Positions 51,561 through 64,000 of a DNA stretch of 64,000 nucleotides are shown here, one piece after another. Location: assembly GCF_902652985.1 (NCBI RefSeq), contig NC_047021.1, positions 35,526,001 through 35,590,000 of the forward strand. Reading direction: 5' to 3'. The notes below the pieces were generated by a model. It saw only the letters and a list, made by a program, of their open reading frames with translations. It did no database searches and had not been told where the DNA came from. The stretch is from Pecten maximus (Eukaryota). Every line of letters begins with the position of its first letter. Within the stretch, counting starts at the first letter, position 1. Both the position numbers and the translations under genes were made by a program.

Positions 51561-54053
51561 TATAAATGCCGACCATCTGCACCATATCACAATTTTATTA
51601 TCAATACGTATGCTACATTTTACCTTCCTCGGTGCCTGTTTTTTTGTATCCCATCTTTTGTTGCTGCATATTAACAGAAAACGTTGTATTTAATATAAGT
51701 ATGATATACATCATATTTGAATTAATTACAATATTGTGCACTTAAACTGTTCCTTTTTTTTTGTTTTTTGTTTGTTTTGTTTTTGTTTTATAAATTTCAT
51801 TAATAAAATGACCATTTACAACATTTCAATCTCTGTTATTTTTTCCATGATTTACAACAAAACAACTTTCAGACTCTGAAGAGATTACCTAACTTCTATG
51901 AATATTGATAATTACCTTTGACTCGAGACCTTACTGTTTTCCGATTAACAATAACGCACTCTTCTTTACTTCTTGTTATTCTTTCCTTTTGACATATGCA
52001 TCCCTACCTACCTACTTACCTACCTACCTTCCTACTTACCTAGTTGTCAGACTAAGGCAAATCAGTGACGTTTGATCGGGTAATAAATTCTAGTAAAGAG
52101 GACAGATTTTTAAATATTTATATGAAGACTGATTTAATAATATGTAACTCCAGTCATTCCCCTCAAAAAGTGATTAACGAATAAGATAAAATGAATTGAT
52201 AAATGAATAATATAGAAATGACAATAAAGTATCCAATGCATTTTTTAAAAGTATACCTGAATGATTCTCTCCATACCAGGAAAGTTCTATTAATCCATAC
52301 CTTGTCAAGTCACATTATCCAACACACAGCCATCGATTTTACCTGAAACATTGTTCGATGAAATTATTTCTAACATTCTAAAACTCTATTATCATGTTTA
52401 GGAGAACAAACGAAAGACTATACCCACTTCAAACATTTAAATATTTCATCGCCGGACAGTAAATATATCAGATTTTCTAGAAATAATACTTGATATTGAT
52501 TTTTAAGGCGAACCAATAATCGTAAAGAAAAATCCGGTCTTTATACCTGAACGAATACATGCATAGAAGCGTCCGGATAATATAACCGCATACGATTCTA
52601 TCATTATTCATACACAGATGTCGTCCTTGCTATTTATGACACTGACAATGAAGTCCAGCGTCCACGAGTCCACGACGTTCTGACAGAATCTATGTGTCAC
52701 TCACGCTTGAAATTAATATCTACAGCAGATTTCAATTTGTCACTGAATACCCTTGAGATTCGTGACAGGATATCAACACGTTCATGGCTATATACAAGCA
52801 ATTTATGTTATAAACCCACCATCCGTTGTCAATAAACGATTAAGCCTACACACATGGGTGCTTTTACACAAAACATGATTCCTCTAAATGTAGATAATTT
52901 AATACAATTATGTCTATATAATGTTACAAAATGAAACCGTATCCTGCTTTATAGAGCTGTTTGTAGATTAAAAAATTACAGGTTTAAAATCCAAGATAAT
53001 TATTATCGTTTAAAATGGTTTTACATTTAGACGTTATCTTAAAGCTAGGTTGAAAGGTATTTTCCTTTTTAATTAGTATCATCTCTTGATTGAGGTATTG
53101 ACGTAGATATTACATTGAGATGAAAGATATATTTATTAGGGGCCGAATATGTAGCATAATATTGCATGTATCCCTGACTGGTTCAGTTCCTGTTAATTCC
53201 CTATACATTTGTGCAATGTCTCTTATTCATTCGTCACACCACACAGCCCGTGCAATATTATCTCTGGGGGTAGAATATTTTTGATTATGCCAAATGTACA
53301 GGCCAACCATATACCCGATCGATTGGGGCATTATAAAAAATTCTAATACATGTTCCAATCAAAATTAGTAAGAATACATAAAATTAAGTTATTTCACGAT
53401 TTCTGCAAGATTATGAATCATTTAGATGTTCAAGTTAGGTGTAAAAAAACTGGTTTGATTATAACAAAGATAAAATACAACAATAAAACAAACAAATAAA
53501 CAAAATCCGGTATTTTCATGTTTGAATTAAGGAAAACATGTAATACAGGAAAAATACGTTCCTACTTGTCATCTTCGACGTCCAGTGCGACACTTTGTTC
53601 ATAATACTACAATTTGATGAACTATTGAACTTTGACACCACTGTGACCTAAGATATTAATGATACAGACGTGCGTAGTGGCAATTAAAATCTCATTCGAC
53701 GTTTTTCGATACATTTCACATAGTACTGCCTTATCTCAAAAATATATCCATTGATGCATAAACTAATTACATGCAAATAATAAATTCATGCGATCTAGCC
53801 GCTGGCATACCAGTGAATCGCCTTATTGAACACTACCTGACATGTCTGGTAAATAGAACCAATTTCAATTAATCTTAAACTTGTAGTATTTTGTAAATAA
53901 CTGGAATGTGTATTTAGAAGTGTATAGCATGAACATTACGCGATGTACATGTTTATATATTTTGTATATGACTTCATGGCATAGCAAATAAACACAGTAT
54001 GTTTAGGTGCCATAGCTCGTGCATACGTGGTAGACATCAACAAGAATACGTTG

Positions 54054-54591
54054 ATTTGTATGGTTTAATGTCCTATCAACAGCTAAAGTCATTGAAGGAC
54101 AGGCTTCCCCCTCCTCTTGGGAGATCACACGTGTGATATAGGATGTGTGCGTTTTGGGAGGCTGAGGTATGATTCTCTCTACCTCCTTGAGATAGCACAA
54201 TTCTGGAATCGACTTTATAGTGCTACCTCACTGAAGCATAGTGCTGAAGTACTGTTGAAGACACACAGCAGAAAACCTCACCCGGTCACATTATACAACG
54301 GGTGAACCAGTCGTCCCACACTCAAAAATGCTGAGCACTAAGCAGGAGCAGCAGCTACCATTTTAAGAGACTCTGGAATGTCTCGGCAATGAGACAAAAC
54401 CCAAAGCCTCCCTCACACTCACAGTGGCAAACGCTTAACTAAAGGTAAAAAGTGAGGCAGTGCCAAAGGAGACATTAGAAAGAAGACGGTTTATAAAAAG
54501 AACTAGAAAAGATAAGATCCCAAATTTAGTCGCATCTTACGATCATGCATCAGGGGCAGCAGGCACAATCTTTCGCCCTATCTGCAGGGCA
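54054..54591 (-). mobile_element. Meta/MESC-domain SINE-like element
   Basis: Minus-strand core CCGAGACATTCCAGAGTCTCTTAAAATGGTAGCTGCTGCTCCTGCTTAGTGCTCAGCAT resembles the molluscan Meta-SINE central domain. Its 3' end is shared with 45024-45082. Confidence 0.65.
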
Positions 54592-57500
54592 AGATAAGAG
54601 TGCTCATACCTTTAGATATGACCAGTGACGGATTTTCTGAATTTCAAAACCTAGAGAAAGTTAAGTCGAGCTTATAGTAACAAGCAGGGTCTTGTTAAGG
54701 CTATCAATCTACATTTTGTTTCAATGTTTACATTTCTTTAGCAGTCTCTATCAATCTACAAATAAGTAAAACGTGTGTAGAAACAGAGTAAAGATATCTG
54801 AATTTGAAGTTTCGTTTTAATTCCCACGTTAACTTGTGATACAATGAATAACAATATATGAATTCAGTTAAATATATTTTTACATAAATGGATATAATGA
54901 TCACAACTATTCATACATATATCCATCCGTCGAGGATTCTCAACCGATGTAAGGGACCTACAATATATTTTGTTCTATTTGTGTACTTCTTAAAAATAAT
55001 CCTTTACCATAATGTATGCTTCTGTTCACTATTTCCTTTATATATGCTTATTGGTAATATATTTGTTATTATAATTATATTTTACTTTTAGCTTATCGTA
55101 AAATTAATTTCGCTGCAAAAGTCTTAATGGTATCTATTTCATTTAATAAATATTATTTATGATATGTATTTCAATCTATATTCAATGACAATGTTTAATG
55201 CCTATGCAAAATTTATGTTAAGTTACATATTATATATTAGCTATTTATTTACTCCATTGATTTTTAGACAAAATAATTGTATCTAGTACATGTTGTATAT
55301 ACAAATGTAAGGAATGTGATACGAATTCCGGTGATGGAATCATTGCTTACATCTCAGATATGCGGTTATCTTACTAACAAAAGGATATTTACAACAGTTA
55401 GGTATTTGACTTTGAGGACAATGTTTAACCTTGGGTCTTATCAGAAGGTGAAGCTTTGAATGAACAATGAAGGACGAACGTCCTGGCTGATATAAGACAT
55501 GGCTCTTGTTTCGCCTACAATGGTACTGTACTGGTAAGTATTGAAATGAGTCCAGAGTGTTGAAATGTTCACAAATGACAATGGAAAAAAATAATGCATA
55601 TTTTATAGACATTGGCTTCTCTGATTTTGTTTTGAATTTAAAGCAAAAATTTAAATCTAAATAAAAAAAAAATAACAACAAAAATCTAAATATGTCGCCA
55701 AGAACGGAATTTGCATTGTAAATACGGTATATGGCTAAAACAAACAGTTTTAATTTACCACTAAAATAGGTACAACTATAATAGAAGTATAATAGTATAT
55801 ATAAAAGAATCTTGTCAACTCGAAAGCCATCCCTGGGCTTTATCTGAAACGTTCAAGTCTCGTTAAAACCCCTCCATAACTATTACTTTACTTCTGGGAA
55901 AAAGTTCAGTCATCTTTGTCTGCAGTCATATTTATTAAAGTAAGGCAGCCCAAAATTATGAAGGCATTGCATACATACGATTCCTGAAGCATTTTTTTTA
56001 TACAGGATTCCATTGAAAATAGGGTGTCTTTACTATTGATCATTATGCTAATATTTTCACAGACTTGGTACGAAAAACCTCCATCGGACCCTATTAACGG
56101 TCAAACAATTACTTCAAGAAGGAAAAACATGAAAAAACAATGGAAATACATATAGAAATCGCATCATTTCAGCTAATTTCGAAATTTCTCGAGATGAAGC
56201 GAATCAGTAGATAAGAAGGTCTGGATCGAATTATGCATACGTTCATACCAGGAGATATGGCTATAAATTCTGCTATTAGAAATGTTTCTTATTTTAATTC
56301 TATGAATGAGAATCACATTTCAGAACAGTATAAGTACAAAAGAGGAATGTAGACGCCCAAATATGTTTTTGACATTTCGAGTAAAAACACCTGTACAGGT
56401 AAAAATACGGACCATAGCCTACTTTACAAGGATGACTTATGTTTTTGTCTAGGGAGCCTATGGTTTGATGGTAACGTAATCCTATCCCCGTATTCTCAAA
56501 CACGAGTTATATTACTGAATGCTAACATATCTGGGATTGGTGAATATTTTGTTTAACAAGGAACAAAGGCTTTCTATTACTGTAAAACCTTTTCATGATG
56601 TTGTCAATACTTGTAATAAGCCAGAAACACAAGGTTATATACTAGAAACACAGATAACAGACAGGTCTTAGGAATATACTGAAATTTGAAACACAATACT
56701 TCAGATATCATTATTTGTCCATCTGAGGTTTGAAATAAGATTCGATCCGGTTAAAATCAACTATACGGAATCAGCTTGTGAGTTGACAAAAAGGAGTATA
56801 TATGAGATGAAATGAATGATAATAGCCTTTTCCTTTCGTGCTAATTACAAGTTTCAACTTGCATAATAGTATTGACGTAGAATATAATTTGGGAATATGT
56901 ATACATTTTAATTAAGGGTGTATGTTATGTTACTGACATTTTAACGTCTACTTAAGTAATCATACGGCACATCTTACTGGTGTCGTGCACTCATAGGACG
57001 TACATCTTCAAAAATCAGTAACATGTTTAACAGAGGTTATACACCCAGCAATAAGTAATATATGTTTTTAAAAGACGATGTAGACCATGAAATATATTTC
57101 GCATTCCGGAAGATTGCACAACACACACACAAATGTGAATAATCTATTTAGATATGGATTTAGTAATACATATAGTATATGACGAAATGGATATAGAACT
57201 GCAACATATAGCTGTTTTATCCTTGTATGTTGAAATAGAAAAAACTAAATTCAGTAATGAAAAAATTATATTAATAAAAAGGAATTATAAATGAAACATG
57301 AACTAGCAATGATGAGGTAAGGATAATTTATGAACAGTACATAAATTAGTACGGACACCAATGAAAACGTACCAGAGAAACGATCCAGAGAATAAACGTC
57401 TTCTGAATTTTAAACCTACATGTCAAATCTAGGAAATGTCCTGCTTTCAAAAGGAGGAGCGACCGATCATCAATCATGTTACCAATGTCACAAGCTACAT

Positions 57501-59049
57501 AGAAATATAATATAAAGGTTAGAGTACGATGTTGACCATAAATAGTTTCCATACAGTGAGTTTTTTTCGCGAGGGGAAAATTAACAATTAACATACGAAG
57601 GTCACCAGATCGTGAAAATTTCTCGCATGCGTATTATTTTTTTTTTGATAATTTTGGCATGTGATATTTATCGAACAGGTGAAAACGCAAAAAAAAAAAA
57701 AAAAAAAAAAAATACATCGATTTAGGAAGCAACCTCAACGCGTATAGTTTGCCTATCGAAATCGCGAAAATACACCCCCACGATAATTACTGCGTATACA
57801 GTATTTTAGGAGAGATGCACGCATATCAATAAAATGTATGAGAGCTGACAGGGATAGGTAAAACACGAGGGATAACGGCCATGCTACCCTTATCAAATGT
57901 CGTGCAAATTGTAAGATATTTATTTACATAAAATGTTCCGCAGAACTTTAACATTCTGAATATATTACAGTAACTGATTAAATAAGAAATGTTGTATTAT
58001 ATATACAAAATGATACCAGTTTCAAGTTTAAATTACGTCATAAATGTATACACACGTCTCGAAAGATTAAAATGTCTCGTGAAAAAGGTAAATAACATGT
58101 TTTGCGTCACAAATTAAATACACTTTAAATCTCAAGAGTAAATAATATTATGTATATGTGTACCTCTCTGTAACAGTACGTACCTGACTTACTGTACCAC
58201 GTATCGCCAACCCATTACTATGTATGCACTCCGTTCAGGAAGTGATATGCAAAATTATTCCTGAATAATTTAAAAGAAGTTCTTCTTTTAATGAAGTAAA
58301 AAACCAAACTTACAACGTCAAAAAGTACAATTAGTTTAATACATGTTCTTATAAAGTTTTATTAAGATATAATCAATATTCACTGATATTAATTGCTATA
58401 TAACAGTATATTCTCGGTACAGGACATTTCAATATACAAAACACCATTACTTCAGTTTTATTAGTCAGTGGCAATGTACATTTGTAACAGGACAGTCTGT
58501 AGCTGGATTTATAGGGCTTTAGCTGTAAACCGATATCACAAAAAAAAATCGTTGTATAAAGTATACGTACTGAGATACAGACCACTACATACGTAGATAC
58601 ATAATTTATGATGTAAATAAAAAGGTACAGGAAGGGTTAAATGAATGTATCAAGTCATATTGATATGGTGAGGTATTGATTAAATTCGTTATGTACCGAC
58701 TTTATAACAACCATGGAATGTTACACATAAATACGTTTACAGTAGACGTCATAAGTATGTTTCAAGTAGCTTCCAAGTCTTATCGTGTGGTTTTAAAATT
58801 CATATTTATTGACTATGCAACCTCATTTATCAAAGACGATCAGACCGGAACACCCAGCCCTCCAAAATAAGTAATTATGACAATAAAGTGATACAGGTTT
58901 TGAACTTTGTGTTTGCTTAGGAATGACAAATTAAATCAGTAGATTATATAAAAATATACAACTCTATTTATAGTGTTATGTTAAGTATTACCTCGACACT
59001 CATCTAACTATTTTCCAAATGTACAGTGTATAATAAATATATCTATATA

Positions 59050-59428
59050 ATTAATTTTTCTTTGTTGTCACGGTAAATACTCAAATGTGATTGGTCGAAA
59101 AATTCTTTTCATTCTTCTATGAAAGAAATTCCGAGAATGGTGCGAAAAATGTGACGTCACAATACGACAATTGACGTTGCGTATTGATTTGAGAAAAATA
59201 ATCCCATTTAAAACCAGTAAAATTGTACATAAAACATGTTTTAAATTAGAAAATCATTTTCAAAAATTAATTATAAGCGTTGATGTCAATTTTTTTTAGT
59301 TTCATCGGGGTATGAAACAAATTTTGTTTGCAAAACTTCTGTAAGAATCCGCTACGCGGATTCATACAGTTTGCAAACAAAATTTGTTTCATACCCCGAT
59401 GAAACTAAAAAAATGACATCAATGCTTA
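59050..59428. mobile_element. Non-autonomous repeat ending in a 155-bp palindrome
   Basis: 59274-59428 is a near-perfect inverted repeat centred on GAATCCGC-TAC-GCGGATTC. Confidence 0.6.
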
Positions 59429-61123
59429 AATGATTATGTATATTGCAAAATAGAATATCTTAAAAAATGGCGTATATATATTAGAATTTTCCAGTATGTA
59501 TTCCAACGTAACGGGACAACAAAAAACTCAATGGCGATTTCTATTCTCAATGCCGTTTGCAGTGCTATGCGAAATGTTCTGAGAATTGTCTTCCTAAGGG
59601 GACACTGAAAATGTTTTAATAGCCGATGAAAAGTCGATGGCATAAAAAAACAAGCATTTGGTAGCAAATAAACATCATGCTGCTATACTCTTTTCATAAA
59701 CCAGTTTAAATCTTATAAATGGATGTCTTATGTTGCTTCCTATTGAGATGGATTCGGTATTAAATAGCTAAAAAGTTTTATTTGAAATAAATTAGTTATT
59801 ACAGTTTATTTTATAGGTCCAGTCCGAAAAAGTTTGGTAGGCTTTAAGAAAAATTATATACACTGTACATATATTATGATTTTTTCTTCAACTTGTCAAG
59901 CTGACAATGCTAAGTCTCAAAGACTCCTCAAAGGCATGTTCAAACCACTCTCCTTAACACTGTGCCAATAACATACAGCTTTATTGAGATTTATTAAAAG
60001 TCCTCTATTAGAGTACAAATTTAAATCAAACAACAGATCCTTAGGTAGTGTTACATAATGGTTTCCAGTATGTTTGACCGCGTCAAGCAGGTCCTATGTA
60101 TAATAGGAACATTAAATGCCTTTCAAGGTAAACCAATATTCAAAAATTAAATAACGGGTATATTCTAAGGTATATTAAGTTACACTAAAATAACTAATTA
60201 GATAATTTAATTCTAATTTGCCTTAAGGTATTTATCAACCACTTAAATCAATAAAAAATGAATATATCCATCATATTTATTAGGCATGGACCTTCGGTAA
60301 GGCCACTATAGTTTGATACCGACCTTGTAGAATCAAATATTAACCAAGATCGAAGGTCCTTAATTTCTAATATTTGACATGAAACATGTTTCCAAAAGGA
60401 TGATATTGCATTATATTGATTTCGATAGCAGGAAATATGCATTGGGACATTATGACGTCATCAGCACATTCCTGTCGCGGTGTTTCCAAAAAACAAAAAG
60501 AAACATCAGGTTGATATGACAAAAATAACCTCCACGTGACTATGTTAAGCCAATGAGTATTGAGGAAAATGGCCCTTTTCTAATATTGCTGAATATCCGA
60601 TATTTTCTGAAATTTTATCACCAATACATTGACAATAATAATAATAAATCAAATGCAAATCATTTTAAGCTTAAGATAAAGTAGGAATGTCTTAAAATTG
60701 ACCTTTAAATTGACAGATACCTTTAATGTGGTGAAACATTTTTCTGAACCTTAATCTGATTTCAAGTCGTCACTAAAGGCTGATATACGCCCGTATATGC
60801 CAGTGATAGTTTCATATTACCATATATGCGTCTATGTTACAGGACGTCTATCCTAATGCACTTTGCTAAATCTCTTGCTATACACTGATGAAAAACATTT
60901 GTGGACCAAATGATCTCCTTAGGATTCACAGTTGCCAATATCATGATTGCTTTCCTTCGTTATAATAGTACATCAAAATGGAAGTTCCGTTAGTTGCATA
61001 TATTTTGTGATAATGCACTTCAACTCTATATCCTGAGCTGTTTCAGCTCAAATAAAACATTTGTGCTAAAATTATTACATTTCTGCTGTCTCCATTGACG
61101 TTCTGTATTACGAATACACACTA

Positions 61124-62764
61124 TCACATATAATTCCAGGTTGAATTTGATGTCGAGCTCTGGTAAAAATGATGGATATTCCTACGTGGGTTAGGAGTTC
61201 CAAAATCCAGAGATGCAGCCCCCATGGCCGACCTTGACCACACAGACCGAGCTTCAGACGGGCTTAATTTTAGAACATCATGTCGCCCACGTGGTGAAGT
61301 TTCCTCTAATCTGTCCATAAAACTTCTGTTTACCTCATCCCATTGTTTACATACAACATCAAGCTTTGGCATGGAGGCTGCTCCACGGAAACCGTGTGGA
61401 TTTGCTTTGGATTTGTCCTCTTCTGGTCCTCTGATAATTGTGTTATTATGGGTATCAAGTTTTGGATGATTCAGTATGATATTTAGACTTCGATCATCTA
61501 GATTGACCGATCCTTTCCCTTCACTTGGTTTATGGTTTCTGCAATACACTTTTTTGTCAGTTTTATCGCTGAAATTTTGGAAGTAGTTTTTAACAGTCAG
61601 TGCAGAACCACATGTACAACATCGGAAACACTGCTTATGAAAAAGAACCTTCCTGATAGGGCCTACTTTATCGAGCTGGTACACTGTTTTACCACACTTA
61701 AAACAGGCATCTTCGTCATTCTGATACGTAAACGCGTACGACATATAATCGGAAGGAGAGGTAGTGGAAGAGCTACGACTTCTTGACATTGGTGATCGGT
61801 CACCTGTTGGTGACAAAGCAGGCACCGTGGGGGATGAAACTTGTAACACAGATTTTGATCGTTTTAAAGTGGATTTTGGTTTGAAGTCTAAGTCTTTGAC
61901 CTTAGGTCTTGTCGCCTTTCTGGTCAATGCTGTAATGTCCGTAAGTATTTGGAACTCGTTCTTTGGTTTAATAGTTTCCTCGTCATCCTGGGGTGTTGGT
62001 GGTGGAGGGATCTTTGGCACATTGACGGAAATAAATTTGTAAGTTTTGCATTCTACATCTTCATTCAAGTCGTGGTCCTCTGCCTTTCCTCTCACCAAGG
62101 GACGTGAAAACGATCGTGCTGCACGAGTAACATCACGCAGTTTGATAGCTTCCGTGGATGTTTCACCGCGTGACGTAATATCCTGTGACGTCACTGAAGA
62201 ATTAAGACTACGGTTCCTTGGAGATTCTAATTCCGCTGGATTTGGACAGCTTTGTGTGCGAATATGGGGTCGTATAGGAACAATCTGGCGCCGCGTGACC
62301 TCTATCGAGTTCAAAGGTCGTTCTATATATTTTTCTGTGTGATGCACTGGTTTAATTACATCCTCTTCATCTAATGATAATTTGTGAACATCTAAAATAA
62401 TATCTTGATTGTCTGGCATGGCGGAATCATAACTCAAGTCCATCTCGCTTGAATAGTTACTATCATTTGATTCCGCGGTATTTTCATCGAACTTTGAAGA
62501 CGATTCATCGTCTTTGCCATTTGTAAAGCCGATTTGATTACTGAGAAACGAATCATCATTGTTACTAAGATCGAAACCTTCATCACTTTTATAATCTAAA
62601 TACCTTGGTTCAGTCGTCATCGATGTCTGCATGTGAAAAACATCTTCAATTTCCTCGTCAATATGCTGCCAGGTTTGAAGTGTCTTGACCGGAACATCGT
62701 TTGGACATTTAGCTTTCCAAACCATCGAAAGTGGTCCGAGGGTATCCTCCTCTTCGTTAGCCAT
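61124..62764 (-). CDS. LIM-domain protein, hillarin/LTD-1-type LIM (546 aa, single coding exon)
   Basis: CFKCGKTVYQLDKVGP...FHKQCFRCCTCGSALTVKNY...DKKVYCRNHKP is a LIM double zinc finger. The ATG at 62764 directly follows an acceptor (ttctacaag|ATG). A candidate non-coding first exon ends at 63142 (CCG|gtaagc). Confidence 0.88.
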   Translation of the reverse strand: MANEEEDTLGPLSMVWKAKCPNDVPVKTLQTWQHIDEEIEDVFHMQTSMTTEPRYLDYKSDEGFDLSNNDDSFLSNQIGFTNGKDDESSSKFDENTAESNDSNYSSEMDLSYDSAMPDNQDIILDVHKLSLDEEDVIKPVHHTEKYIERPLNSIEVTRRQIVPIRPHIRTQSCPNPAELESPRNRSLNSSVTSQDITSRGETSTEAIKLRDVTRAARSFSRPLVRGKAEDHDLNEDVECKTYKFISVNVPKIPPPPTPQDDEETIKPKNEFQILTDITALTRKATRPKVKDLDFKPKSTLKRSKSVLQVSSPTVPALSPTGDRSPMSRSRSSSTTSPSDYMSYAFTYQNDEDACFKCGKTVYQLDKVGPIRKVLFHKQCFRCCTCGSALTVKNYFQNFSDKTDKKVYCRNHKPSEGKGSVNLDDRSLNIILNHPKLDTHNNTIIRGPEEDKSKANPHGFRGAASMPKLDVVCKQWDEVNRSFMDRLEETSPRGRHDVLKLSPSEARSVWSRSAMGAASLDFGTPNPRRNIHHFYQSSTSNSTWNYM

Positions 62765-64000
62765 CTTGTAGAATAATATATATATATATAAACAGTCAGA
62801 AATCACATTTAACCTCCAAGAGAACGAGGGCCATCCTCACACTAGTAATATTAACTTGTGTAGAATAACAAATCTCTGAACTCCAATCCTTTCAAAGTCA
62901 AATAAATCCAATACTTTAACCTTTTGCACTTCGTTTCTCAACCCGCTGATCCGTTATTATACGATTAGTCCAAAGTTAGGTTTGGCAGTGTAGGTAAGGT
63001 ATTTGTAGGGCAGGCTTATAGTTAAATCCATCAAATAACAGCAGGTGCACAATCCTTTCACTCTCTCGATCCATACTACAGCCAATATATACATACATAT
63101 ACATACATGAACGGGTGGCATGGATCTATCCTCGTGCTTACCGGTTAATTTGATCTTGCGTCGTTTGTCAATATACGTTTACACTTTCTGTACATATACA
63201 GAATATATGTATATATATATACCTACATTCAGTATAGGAAAACCTGTATGGGCAAGTTAACAGCGTCCATGTATAGGCTTCCGCTCAGGTAATTCAGATG
63301 TGTATCGGCTTTATAACCTACCTTTATATACCCACATTTCTATAATGTCACTAGCTAGTCTGCGCCAGAATGTTTGTTATTGTTTCGTGACCAGTTAGGT
63401 GTATGCATTGTTCTTCGATACATCCACAATGTTAAATCATGTTGTCCCCACATTTTACATGAACACCTCTGGAAAAATATTAATCCGCTGTCGATCTCTA
63501 TTAACATGGAAGGTAATTATCTTATGAAACAATATTTTGATGTAAGTCGACCTTTGGTACACTTTGAAACAGATATACCCAGGCGCTGTTCTGCAGTTTT
63601 CTTTGTATCTAAAGTTATTTCCAAATTATTGATCCCTTCTTGTTCTACTTTTGTATATCCACAATGAAAACATGTTGTATTGTTTTCATATTCCGCACAC
63701 GCTCAATAGACATATTTATACTCTGTAAATTGATCCCGCATGTACATAGCTGATATTATGATTAAAAGCCTGGAAGTCTAAATGTCACAATAGAGAAAAT
63801 GTATGTTGTTTAAAGAGGTTGAACATTACGATCTCTTATAAAAACACCACAAGTCGTATATATACGCGATATATTTGATTTTGTTTTAAATAACCGTTCT
63901 CCGTTTTGTGTATACAGTCTAGAATGGTGTCCGACCAGTTCAAGTTTTGCGTTTTACACAAACACAAGCTTTGCCTTTGTATGTGTACAGAAAGGCATTG

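Noticed and set aside
62765-62806. GTG-initiated N-terminal extension of the LIM ORF
   Set aside because: It is intronic (TA)n/acceptor sequence; the ATG at 62764 is the plausible start.

Overview
AT-rich, intron-containing animal genomic DNA, most likely a bivalve mollusc (inferred from V-domain and Meta-domain SINE remnants and the repeat landscape). Most ORFs in the six-frame track are spurious. The real genes were rebuilt by hand from GT-AG splice sites and paralog comparison. Two interleaved multigene families are present. (1) Three stum/SPEC3-family membrane proteins on the + strand share exon phases and carry unrelated C-terminal tails that all contain PPxY motifs; the first appears to splice into a previously hidden degenerate FYVE-type zinc finger. 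(2) Three paralogs have two tandem DUF442/TIGR01244-like (PTP-fold, CX4R sulfurtransferase/phosphatase-like) domains. Copy A (+) looks secreted. Copy B (-) has a signal peptide and ends in KDEL. Copy C (-) is an intact, purifying-selected first exon with no downstream exons of its own, so it probably splices onto B's exons 2-3 (variable first exon plus constant exons). The window also holds a hillarin-type LIM protein gene (-), a decayed LINE nested in a TTAA MITE, SINE remnants, several MITEs and tiny hairpin elements, long minisatellites and a 1.44 kb tandem triplication.
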